A stretch of 62,900 nucleotides of DNA, counting the filler, from Octopus bimaculoides (Eukaryota): assembly GCF_001194135.2 (NCBI RefSeq). It is 5 parts of 5 records of this genome, joined end to end, with 100 filler letters (N's around TTAATTAATTAA, not from the genome) between each part and the next. Parts side by side here need not be neighbours in the genome. Positions count along the whole stretch, not along the records: positions 32,187 to 51,857 come from NC_069003.1; positions 51,958 to 62,900 come from NC_068984.1; 3 more parts are not named here. The stretch is one strand, 5' to 3'. Under the pieces are notes generated by a model. The model was not told the origin of the DNA and did not search any database. It saw nothing but the letters and a program-made list of their open reading frames with translations. A program made the translations under genes and the position numbers. Shown in pieces: positions 51,563 through 62,900 of this stretch (position 1 is its first letter; each line of letters opens with the position of its first letter).

Positions 51563-52615
51563 TGTAAGTAGTTTTCGTAAACTTATCCTCCGACGCTACT
51601 CTATCTCTTTCTCTTTCTCTTTCCTTTCTCCCCCCCCCTCGTTCTTCCTCTGTACTACTACGTATCTCGCCTTACCCCTCTTGTTCTTCCTCTGTTACTA
51701 CTACGTATCTCCTTTTCCCCCTCGTATTTCCTCTCTTTCTCTTTTCCTCTCGTTGCTCACCTATTCTTCTACTTCCTCCCTCTCTTTCTCCCTCTACCAC
51801 TCTCTCTCTTCCCTTTACACCGGCATGGTCACATGCTTCCGGTCAATAATCCTTTCCNNNNNNNNNNNNNNNNNNNNNNNNNNNNNNNNNNNNNNNNNNN
51901 NTTAATTAATTAANNNNNNNNNNNNNNNNNNNNNNNNNNNNNNNNNNNNNNNNNNNNAAATGAGTATATGCATATATACATACAGGTATGTGCATACCGA
52001 CATCCACCTGTATGTATAGGTGCATATCTGGGCACAGGACATTGCAAACAAAACGTAGACGAGAAAACACACAAGCCACATAGAGAACATTCTTCTTCAT
52101 CAGCTACCCCTGTTTTAACACCGGTGTTTCGAAGAGTTGGGCAGGACGCATCGCTAAAACGGCTCTTCCCATGGACCGCAAATTAAATTTGTATACACAA
52201 ATTAAACCTTACCATGGAGGAATGTAGTGGCGGACAAAAAACAAGACAGGAAAACAAACAGAAAGGCTATATGGCCAGACTGGAAAAATTATGTGTATGA
52301 ACGCTGTGAGGCATGAACTTGAAAGTGGGGATGAAGTAAGTTCGCTTGTTTGCTCGGCGATAGCCAAGGAAGAAAAGGATTATTGACCGGAAGCATGTGA
52401 CCATGCCGGTGTAAGGGGAAGAGAGAGAGAGTGGTAGAGGAAGAAACAAAGGGAGGAAGTAGAAGAATAGGTGAGCAACGAGAGGAAAAGAGGAAGAACG
52501 AGAGGGGTAAAGAGAGATACGTAGTAGTAAACAGAAGAAGAACGAGAGGGGGAAAAATTGAAGAGAAAGAGATAGAGTAGTGTCGGAAAATATAAAGTTA
52601 CGAAAACTACTTACA
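51563..52615. repeat. Long inverted repeat (arms 51563-51857 and 52373-52615) spanning an assembly linker
   Basis: For example ACACCGGCATGGTCACATGCTTCCGGTCAATAATCCTTT pairs with AAAGGATTATTGACCGGAAGCATGTGACCATGCCGGTGT. The arms differ by indels. Confidence 0.8.
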
Positions 52616-53108
52616 GATTGGTGACGCTGCGTTCGGTCACACACACACTCACACATACATTTTATATTTTGGCTAAGTCACCTCTTACTACTCTGAGTTT
52701 CACCTGTAAGTGTACAAGATCTTCAAGCAAGATGTGACAGGATAATTGATGAGTTTTGCAAGTTTTTATATATAGTTATAGTTTTCTACTCATAGGGTAT
52801 GATGGTGAGGGGAAAGTATGATAAAGGTGGGAGGGAAAACAGGAGGGAAAGGGAAAAAGAAAGGAAAGGAGAAGAGTAACAGAAAGAAAATGTAAAGAAA
52901 GATAAAGGAGGGTAAAAGAAAAGAAATAGGGAAAAAAAGAGGGAAAAGAAATAGGCTGATTCAACCAAATTAAAATATCATTAATCTCAGCAACACTGTT
53001 GAGGGTTCTTTCTTCTGACAGCTATACTAAATGGGGATGGGGACACACACACACACACACACATACACACACACATACACACACACATACACACACACAC
53101 ACACACAA

Positions 53109-53152
<44 letters not shown>

Positions 53153-53374
53153 GCACACACCTATAAATATACACATACATATATACATATATATATATAG
53201 GCATATATACATTGATATGTACACACACACATATATACATATATACATATATATACAGATATACACATATACATATACACACACATATATATATATTTAC
53301 ACATACACACATATATATACATGCACATACATATATACATACACACACACGCACACATGCACACACACACACAC

Positions 53375-54011
53375 ATATTGAGAAAAAGGAGGCAGTCAAA
53401 TTTTTGGATAATTCTTTATTAGCATTTTCGTTCGTTTATCAAACTCCTCAAGACAAAATCAAAATGGTAAAAACAGAATTTTTGTTGTTCTTTTACATGA
53501 TCCGGAAGCTTTTTTGCTTTGTTTAGAAGAGAAGAATATTGTTTTTGTCTTTTTGAAAAAAGGGGGAAAGAGAGAAAGAAAAGCAAAGAGTGAATAGAGA
53601 GAGAGAGAGAGAGAGAGAGAGGTTTCAGGACAATCAAGAAAGTGGAAGGAAAAAAAAACATGGAATTACACAGAAGATGGGACTTGACTATACAATTGTA
53701 AAGGAATATACATTTTCGTAGGACCTTGAACTTTGAACTCAGTTTCATTTTTCAGTGATGACTGCACCCTCCCTTCTTTGTATCTTTTACATCCTACTTC
53801 TTAAAAATGACATCTCAAAAGGTCACCAGCCCTTGTGAGAAAATGCTGTTGATAGGTATGTTGATAGGTATACAGTGGGAAGAAAAAAGAAAGACAGGAG
53901 AAAGTAAAAAAGAAAAGTACTTTGTAATGAAATTTCTATGAAATGACCATATCACATTGAAAAGAAAGCTCTCTCTCTCTTTCTGTCATTATGTATCTAT
54001 CTATCTGTCTG

Positions 54012-54049
<38 letters not shown>

Positions 54050-54351
54050 CTCACTCTTTATTATTATTATTTTCTTTTTCCTCTTTCTTGTTTGTCCTGA
54101 AACCTCTCTCTCTCTCTCTCTATGTATTTCCCCCCTCTTTGCTTTTCTGTCTCTCTTTCCTCCCTTTCAAAAAAGACAAAAATGATATTCTCTTCTTCTA
54201 AACAAAACAAAAAAGTATCTGATTCATATAATTGAACAACAAAACATTCTGTTTATACCATTTTGAGTCTTGTCTTGACAAGTTCGACAAACGAACAAAA
54301 ACGCTAATAAAAAATTATCCAAAATTCTGACTGCTTTCTTTTTCTCAATAT
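53375..54351. repeat. Long diverged inverted repeat (arms ~53375-53657 and ~54070-54351) in gap-free sequence
   Basis: ATATTGAGAAAAAGGAGGCAGTCAAATTTTTGGATAATT... is mirrored by ...AATTATCCAAAATTCTGACTGCTTTCTTTTTCTCAATAT. Identity is roughly 80% by eye. Confidence 0.85.
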
Positions 54352-55275
54352 ACAAAATCTGTACACCACTTCAAACACTCTGTACACACACAGACACACA
54401 CACACACACACACATACACACACACACAGACACACACACATACACACACACACACATATATGCAGAGACGGACAGCCACACATTCAAATATGTTCACAAA
54501 TATACACATCCACAAGCATGTATATACACATGCATACATTTACACCCAAACACAAATGCATTGTGTGATCTACATACACTAGCATACATGTGTACATATT
54601 CACCGACACACAAACACTTATACGCATACACATTTACAAATACACACAGACATATTCCTTCATCAGCATACACACATACTCATACATACAGATGCATAGA
54701 TGCACACACACATATGCATGTACACAACCACATATACACAAACAAACACTTATAAACATTCTTTTATCTGCACGTCAATTCGCACATATGCAAGCACACA
54801 ACCTTTTATCTACACACACACACACACACGCATACACAATTGCACAAATGCATATATCTACACAGACATAGTAAAGAGAACAGAGCAATGAATACAGAGT
54901 ACAAAACATGGGGAATGGGAGTTGAGGAAAAAGGAGAGAAAGAAAGAAAGGGAGAGAGGGAGAAAGAGAGAAGGAGAGTGAGAGAGAAAGAGAAAGACAG
55001 AGGGTGAGTGAGAATGGAGTGAACACAGGATGGATGGTATATCTGCTTAATTGTTTCACTCTAATTTAGTGCCTTTATTTCTTTCTTTAATCATCAGTCA
55101 ATATCATAATTAATTAATCAACAACATAAAACATTTCTTAACTAGTCATAGTTCCAGCCATCTTAACATTGTTAGCTAGCATTTGTAATGTGTACAGTCC
55201 TGAACAATCTGCTCTGTCTGTCTACCTCGCCAAATAACTAGTTCCTTCCTTCTCTCTTCTTTCTTTTTCTCTCTC

Positions 55276-55351
<76 letters not shown>

Positions 55352-55397
55352 CACACACACACACATATATATATATACACATACATACATACATGTA

Positions 55398-55428
<31 letters not shown>

Positions 55429-55431
55429 TCT

Positions 55432-55835
55432 TCTATCTTCTATGTTTTACTTGTTTCAAGCATTAGGCTGTGGCCATGTCGGAGCACCCTGCTTTGAAGA
55501 ATTCTTAGTCAAATGATTCAACCCCGGTACTTATTTTTCTTTTAAGCCTACTACTTAATTTATTGGTTTCTTTTGCCGAACTGCTAAAGTCATGGTGACA
55601 TAAACACACCAGCACTAATTATTAAGCGGTGGAGATACACACACATAGATATATACATATAAGACAGGCTTCTTTCAGTTTCCATCTACCAAATTCACTC
55701 ACAAAGATTTGATCAGCCTGAGGCTGCAGTAGAAGGAACTTACATAAAGTGCCTTGCTGTGAAACTGAACCCAGAGTCATGTGGTTGAGAAACAAGCTTC
55801 TTACCACAGTCATGCCTGTGCCTATATACATTTAT
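55432..55835 (-). mobile_element. SINE family B, full length, CpG-decayed
   Basis: Tail, middle and head of family B are all recognisable on the minus strand. Confidence 0.85.
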
Positions 55836-58148
55836 AAACAGTCATAATCATCATAATTATCATAGTTCTAATGTCTGCCGTTTATGCCAGTAACATGTCA
55901 GACAATATCTGTTGAAACAAATTTCATGTAGCCAGATGTTCTTCATGTTTCCAAGCAGAGAAAATATTTTCTTTTGTCAACAAAATGACTGGACATGATT
56001 TTACGCAAGATTGTGCTTTAACGACACTACTTGTATGATGGTGACATCTGTTTGCAATTGGTCCAATGTGGAGAAAAGGAGACTCACATACACATGTGCA
56101 CAGACACACACACACATACACCTACACTCAGGCATGAAGTTTGCTTCACAACTATTTCTCACCAACGGCAATAATAAATAAATATATTAATAGCTAATGG
56201 AAGTGTGGACAGTTCAAATCCAATGAGAGTCATGTCATATCTTTGTTGTATTATGTCTTTCCAATTCTTAAAGCTTTTAATAGTTGCCATAAAAAAAAAC
56301 TACTGAAGTGGGGCTGTATGTAGCCGAAACCAATGAGGCATCATACTTTACAGTTTATACTGGATGCAGTTTCCAAGGCACCAGCATTAGTGGAATTGTC
56401 AAGTCCTTTGCAAGACAAGACTATAAAGAGATCTCTCATCCAGCCTTTTTCTCCACCCATTTCCTAACCACTCTAGAGGCACTAGTATAGAAGTTATTGT
56501 CTTCAATTTAAAAAAAAAATCAAACTCCTGTATATTTGAAGTAGTGAAGTAGGGTAGATATAACATGAACGTACCCTCTTTCAAACTGTTATTTAGAGAA
56601 AATGAAAAGTCATCATCATCATTTAGTGTCCTCTTTTCCACGCTTGCATGGGTCAGACGAAATTTTCTGAGGTAGGTCTTCTATGGCTGGATACTCTTTC
56701 TGTTACCAACCCTTACCTGTTTTCAAGTAAGGTAATACTTTCTCATGACCAGACATGTTTTCACAGCTGACTGGAGATGAAGGACATTACTGATGTCATA
56801 TTAAAATTGGTCTTGTTATTTCAATCCATTTTTATATTTTATTTGTATATTTTATATTTTATATTTTTGACATACATTGCATGCTGCAAATAGCTCCGGT
56901 ATGGGCATTGCACCTCTGTTTTTCATCTGTTTGATCAGGCCTGACCTAGAATTAAATGACAATAACAATTTCACTAGAATGGGGAACAGAAAGCCAAGAA
57001 AATTTATGGGTACTGTACCGCCTTCCCACTTCTTCAGATTAATTTAAAAAGAAATTTAAAAAGCCAAGATTCTGTTATTCATTTCGATGACATGACTTTT
57101 ATATTAAACACGATGACTAAATATGATTTTAATTAAACAAGTACCTGAATGCATTTAATTATGATATTATAAAATATCTTCTCCTGTCATGCGATTATGA
57201 TATCATTGAGTAATATCATACATTGTATAATATGATTATAGAAAGCATAGCAGTCATTAGATTCATTAACAAAGGGAAACCACCTGTAATCTCAAATGGA
57301 GCTTCTGCAATTTCAATTGAAATGTATGTTCAGTTTTTGAGTAAACACCATTATACACAGAGAGGAATTACATGCGTTCCAAAGACTGGCCATCTATAGG
57401 TTATACTAGACTGTGTATGAATTTTTATTACAAATACACACAGACAAAGACGTAAGCAGAAAGCTCTATAAATTCCCTCTGATGAAAATATTAATAACTA
57501 ATATCCACTTAGTCTTTCATTACGTTCTGTAGATATTGAAATTGTGTTTCATTATGTTGAAAAACCTAATGAATTCCTGGCCCCTGCTTGGTAGAAGATT
57601 CCTCTCTACCTTTCATAATTTTTACTGTCCTCTCTTAAAGCAAGTTTCTTTTAAACACTACATATTCATAACTTTCCATTGCCTTTTGTCATATGATTTC
57701 ATGTGGCTATTCTTCAAGCTAAGTAATTAACGAGCTAATGCTGACGTTGCATTATAAACCATCATAGCTACCATTCTGCTCAATTATCTGACTCACTATT
57801 CATTACAGGCTCAAAACATATAATAAAGAAAATAATAACAAATAATAAAATAAAGATAGAAAACTGTTTAAATACAGCAACACAGCTTCTTTCTCAGTCT
57901 ATTTGATGACGAGAGAAAAGTTTTCAAATCCTATTAACTTTTATTGCTTCACAATATGAATTATATTTTATAAAACTCAGAAATTTTGTAAGAAATATTT
58001 TTTTTTATTATGTAATATTTTTTAATTTAATTTTCCTTTTTTTTTCTGATACACTGGAGACTGGCAGCTATTCCAGGTGGTTAGAATCATATGACTGATC
58101 AACAGAGTGGTGGTTACCATTCTACCACAACCAGCCTCAGTCCTTTAA

Positions 58149-58298
58149 ATAGGCATAAATATATTTCATCTGGTTAAAAAGCTTGCTTTGCAACTATGTG
58201 GTTTCAGGTTCAATCCTACTGCCCAAGGTGTCACGCACTGGGACTGAACTCAAAACCATGTGGATAGGAAGCAAGGTTTCTACACACACAGCCATGCC

Positions 58299-58300
<2 letters not shown>
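58149..58300. mobile_element. Two SINE family B heads in inverted (convergent) orientation
   Basis: Plus head AGCTTGCTTTGCAACTATGTGGTTTCAGGTTCAATCCTACTGC is directly joined to minus head CCAAGGTGTCACGCACTGGGACTGAACTC...CACACAGCCATGCCC. Confidence 0.75.
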
Positions 58301-58337
<37 letters not shown>

Positions 58338-59312
58338 ACACACACATAGATATATATATAAGAGAGCAGTCGCCATGTTTCGTTCCACAATTGCTACCTC
58401 TAAAGAGTGTTCTAGAAAGTCTATGCTGGAAATACAAAAGACAAAGTAGTCACAGCTGGAAGACAAGATACAAAAGACAAGATACAAAAGACAAGATAGC
58501 CACACACAGGAACTGAACTGGGAAGCAAGCTTCTTGTCACACAGTCACTCTTACATCTATTACATCATTTGCTAAATTTCCACAAGATGGTGAAATATAA
58601 TTTGAGGGAAACTTGACTGTTATTTCAAACAGGTCACTCAATCAGTCAGCCATATAGTCGTTCGTATTGTTTCATGAGAAATGGGTGGGATGAAAGTTCT
58701 GAAACATTCATGTCTAAAACACTCATGAAATGTTCACTATTTTATCAAGACTAGAGTTGTTTGTTTTTTGGGGTTTTGTTTGCTTATCTTTCTTTTTTAT
58801 TCTTTAAATTTACTGATTCTTTCTATGGTATTTATTTATTTTGTGGGTGGTGGGCAAGGATTATCTCCTGTTTATTTAGATTTTATCAGTTCATGTCAAT
58901 CTCAATAACGAACTAGATAGAATTTAATAAATGAGTTCCTTGACAAAGAAGTCTGATTTTATCTTCTTAAATCTCATTTAGCGTTATCTTTCTAAAGACG
59001 TTCTTTCTTTTAAATTTAAAATTTTTATTGATTGATTTTATTTCAATTTATTTAACCTTTTTATTGGCTGTGGTTATGGGAGAGCAATGATTTTTTATTT
59101 TTGTGTATATATATTACATTTTTTTTTCTGTTTTTGTGTATGTGTGTTTTTCGTATCCTTTTTTGTTTGTTAATGTTCTTCCATCCAATTTAAGAATTTG
59201 AAAAGTAGTTTCAATAGCGAAAATCAGATGAAAGGGGAAAAAAAAATAACTTTAAAACTTTTTTTTGAGGAAAAGCAAAAACAGAAAAAACATTAAAATA
59301 AATAAATAACTA

Positions 59313-59357
<45 letters not shown>

Positions 59358-59834
59358 CCAAAAAACCCTTCAGAATCCTTTTACTAGTATATTTATTTAT
59401 CTTGTGTCTGTTTTAGTTTGATTTTTCATTAACCAAAAGAAAGAACTTGCGGGAAAAAAAAAAAAATTGACTGAATAGAAACCAAAATATAAATAGTTAT
59501 CATCTAAATTTCATTCTGAGATAAAAATAAAAAATANNNNNNNNNNNNNNNNNNNNNNNNNNNNNNNNNNNNNNNNNNNNCAATTATTATCCTTAAAATA
59601 AGAAACGAAGGAAATAAAATAAAACAGACAAAATTTTGAACACACAAACACACACACACACACACACACAAATATAGTGAAAGTAACAAAAATGAAGAAA
59701 GTCTGAATGAAAGTTTTATTTAATGATAATTGGTAAATGTGTGAAAATATTTTCAACCGATTCCTTATTGTATGACTTAAGTCACGCAATGTAAACAGGA
59801 CACAAGAGACACGGTGGGCAGCATATTATATGAA

Positions 59835-60170
59835 CAAGGCGTGGTTGTGTGGTTGCTTTCCAATTTCATGGTCCCGGGTTTAGTCCCACGGCATGGCACC
59901 TTGAGCAAATGACTTCTACTATAGCCTTGGGCTAACCAAAGCCTTGTGAATGGATTTGGTAGACAGAAACTAAAAGAAGTGTGTGTGTGTGTGTGTGTGT
60001 GTCTGTGTTTGTCACCAACCACCACTTGACAACCAGTGTTGGTGTATTTATGTCTCCCATATTAGAGCGCTTCAGCAAAAGAGACCAACTAAAAATTCTT
60101 CAAGGCAGTGTTCCAGCATGGCCACAGTCTAATGACTGAAACAACTAAAAGATAAAAGATAATAGTGCCT
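59835..60170 (+). mobile_element. SINE family B with internal deletion, CpG-decayed
   Basis: Head, TTGGTAGACAGAAACT, (TG)n and tail CAGCATGGCCACAGTCTAATGACTGAAAC. Confidence 0.85.
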
Positions 60171-60540
60171 ATTATTTTTAACTGAGTTACAACTTGAGCC
60201 AACAAAGAAGCCCTCATGTGGTTGCTCAAGCAGTTAGAAATAGCAGCTAAATCTCCTTTAAAAAAACTCTTAAAAGAAGAAAAAGTGCATTTTTTTTTTG
60301 CGGTATTGAATTTTGAAGCACAATAGGACAAATGAATTTATTAGTTACACAGAAAATGGGATTCTACACTGTTTCTGCTATTAGTCAACAAGGACAGAAG
60401 ACAATTTCATAAGGTTCCAGTAAATCTGTTATTGCAAAGCAAGCTTAAGAAATACACAGCTATATCTTTGCTAAAGTTATAGCTAGGGCATACATGCATA
60501 CATATACAATATACAAATAATTAGTCTCGAATGTAAGGTG

Positions 60541-60718
60541 TCGAGGTGGCAGAATCATTAGCTTGCTAGGCAAAATGTTTTGTGGCTTATCATCTGTCTT
60601 TATGTTCTGAGTTCAAATTCCACCGAGGTTGACTTAGCTTTTCATCCTTTTAGGGTCAATAAAGTAAGTCCCAGTTGAGCACTGGGGTTGATGTGATGGA
60701 AATTGCTGGCCTTGTGCT
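60541..60718 (+). mobile_element. SINE family A, CpG-decayed
   Basis: TGGCAGAATCATTAG...GAGTTCAAATTCCACCGAGGTTGAC...TTCATCCTTTTAGGGTCAATAAA. Confidence 0.85.
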
Positions 60719-60750
60719 AATAATTAGAGTTGACTCTATAAATTTAATCA

Positions 60751-61115
60751 GTGTGTGGTAAGAAGCTTGCTTCACAACCATATGGTTCCAGGTTCTGTCC
60801 CACTGCATAGCACTTTGGGCAAGTGTCTTTTACTATAGCCTCGGGCCAACCAAAGCCCTGTAAGTAGATTTAGTAGACAGAAACTGAAAGAAGCCCGTCG
60901 TATATATATGTGTGTGTGTTTGTCCCACCACTACCGTTGCTTCACAACAGATGTTGGTATGTTTACATCCCTGTAACTTAGCAGTTCAGCAAAAGAGACT
61001 GATAAAATAAGTACTAGGCTTACAAACAATAAGTCCTGGGGTTGGTTTCTTTGACTAAAAACCCTTTAAGGCAGTGCTCCAGCATGGTCGCAGTCAAATG
61101 ACTGAAACCATTAAA
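60751..61115 (+). mobile_element. SINE family B, near full length, CpG-decayed
   Basis: Colinear with the 40289 copy throughout. Confidence 0.9.
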
Positions 61116-61161
61116 ACAATAATAATTAAGTGTTGCACTGAAGCCAATGTGGGAGACTATT

Positions 61162-61479
61162 CAGTGGTTCTCAACCAGAATCCATATGACCCCTGAGGGC
61201 CCATATAAGATTTTTGAGGGTTCATGTAACAAAACAGTAAATTGGGGATCCAATAGCATTTAGGGGCATTCTACTTTAGAGGTATGTATTGGTATGTATT
61301 GCAAGAAACAGGTTTTATATAGTTCAACCTATATAAGTTAATGTGGGAAAAACAAAATAGGAATTTTTAAAGTAGTTTCTATAAAACTGGTTTGTAAACA
61401 TTTAATGGCTATGAAGGTCCACCAGAATAAAATAATAATCAAAGGAGTCTATAGATAAAAAAATGGTTGAAAACACCTG
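61162..61479. mobile_element. Second copy of the hAT-type MITE
   Basis: Termini CAGTGGTTCTCAACC / GGTTGAAAACACCTG. The interior matches 44998-45337. A target duplication is not clearly preserved. Confidence 0.8.
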
Positions 61480-61484
61480 ATCTA

Positions 61485-61720
61485 TATGATTGCTTGACCC
61501 ACTAGAAATAGCTGCCAAATCTCCAACAAATCATTCATGGTGTATAAACAGATAGAGAGAAAAAAGGAAAAGAAAATGGAAACACATTAGATTACATAGT
61601 CCTTGTTATGTTGCCTAAGATAAAAGATTGAATGACCAAGGTGGGTAGAATGGCTTTGATTATAAGTCTGTTTATTCGGAGCTTACCAGGAACTAAACAA
61701 GAACAACAAAAACAACAACA
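61485..61720 (+). mobile_element. Probable further SINE-like repeat ending in (AAC)n
   Basis: TGCTTGACCCACTAGAAATAGCTGCCAAATCTCC is also seen at 60220-60258. The element has an AAC-repeat tail. Confidence 0.4.
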
Positions 61721-62214
61721 ACATCGTTACACTGTGTTTGTAGACAAAACACATTAAACCCTCAAGATCTTCCAGTTTATCTAACTGCAAATAGATTGCA
61801 TTTAAGCTAACTATATAATCCACTGTGTTTATTTATATGTTAAGTCACAGGTACAGCTATAGCCACTAGCATAGCTAGAATGTATGCTGCCCAGGGCGGC
61901 CCTTCGGCTTGCCTCCCCCAGACCCTCCACAAAAAGAATACATATTGCTCACAGGAGACCCAAAAGTGGTGCTCACTCCATCCACCTCTAGTTATGCTGA
62001 TGGCCATCAGGGGTGTATGCTCTTGGTGTGCTAGGTATGCTCTGCACTCCCATCATAAATGGCAAATTCATTATAGATATAAACCTTGCTCATTAATTTA
62101 ATCACAAATCTTAGTGGAAAACTTTTGTCATATCCCTGCTTGAAATTTGGTAGCACTGAGGGTGGCAGCACACCCAACACAACAACCACCATATGCCACT
62201 GGTGGCTATAACCA

Positions 62215-62341
62215 CAGGCATGGCTGTGTGATCAAGAAACCTCGATGTGTCAATTTGAGCAACAGTCTTCTACTACAGATCTGAACCAACAAAATCCTTT
62301 TGAGTACATTTGGTTGAAGGAAACTGAAAGAAGCCTGTCAA
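62215..62341 (+). mobile_element. Highly decayed SINE family B 5' half
   Basis: CAGGCATGGCTGTGTG...GTCTTCTACTACAG...GGAAACTGAAAGAAGCCTGTC. Confidence 0.65.
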
Positions 62342-62900
62342 ATATATTTCTGGTGGAAGTCTACTTGTGACCATGTAAGATCACTTCCTAAACTCAGTAA
62401 ATCCATGCAGATGTCCCAAAAATCCAACAAATTCCTGGCATGAATTTGTTTTCAGTCCAATCAGTTGTAATACAGGTAGCACAACAAAAGTTGAAACTGT
62501 ACTTCAGGTTTTTTTTTATGAGTTTACCTTCTTCTTAGAAGAAATTCTAAAATAAATTAAGGTTCCTTCACTTTCAGAAGTTTATGTGGTAGTCAAATCA
62601 CAGCTGGGAACCTAACAAGTGTTACTGCTCAGAGTGAGAATAGAAATTGGAATAATATTGGCTAAGAGGTGGGTTTTACACTTCCCAAAACCCTGGAACC
62701 CCCATAGAAGGGCTCCACAGTGGATAGAGTTTAAAGTCGCATGACATACATACACCCCCCCCACACACACACACACACATATGTGAATGTATATATTTAT
62801 ATATGTGTGTGTGTATACATACATACACACACACACATATATATATTTATATAAATATATGTATATATATATTTATACACATACACATACACACACACAC

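Noticed and set aside
52270-52336. YGQTGK reading before a GTAAGT donor, kinesin P-loop-like
   Set aside because: It does not match GQTGSGKT, and there is an upstream in-frame stop with no acceptor.
56308-56490. ORF with VYTGCSFQG, a beta-gamma-crystallin-like motif
   Set aside because: It is a single short motif with no second Greek key and no good donor site.
1-62900. CRISPR arrays, rRNA or prokaryote-type systems
   Set aside because: There is no regularly spaced repeat-spacer pattern, rRNA-like sequence or operon-like ORF density. The sequence is eukaryotic repeat-rich DNA.

Overview
AT-rich, microsatellite-dense animal genomic DNA from a gapped draft assembly. The repeat families resemble, from memory, octopus/coleoid cephalopod SINEs; this is an inference and no search was run. 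I cannot support any host protein-coding gene, rRNA, functional tRNA or CRISPR array. The long ORFs in the track are N-gap or microsatellite read-throughs, so the window looks intronic or intergenic. It holds several tRNA-headed SINE families, two copies of a hAT-type MITE, two decayed LINE fragments and many microsatellites. The best candidate for an unusual system is a cluster of four type I hammerhead ribozyme (HHR) motifs at 5.4-7.6 kb, plus a relic near position 120. Three HHRs belong to a ~350-bp monomer present as two diverged partial tandem arrays, which fits a non-LTR retrozyme or Penelope pLTR architecture. Their stems differ in sequence but keep their pairing, and they share a non-canonical mismatch at the base of stem II. 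The fourth HHR has a canonical core and a long stem II. Other notable items: a palindromic element with an outward-facing (CCCTAA)n-(TTAGGG)n core; long inverted repeats at 51.5-54.4 kb; and a switch from CpG-intact to CpG-decayed SINE copies at about 53-55 kb, suggesting a germline methylation boundary. The four N44-TTAATTAATTAA-N44 blocks are assembly linkers, so adjacency across them is uncertain.
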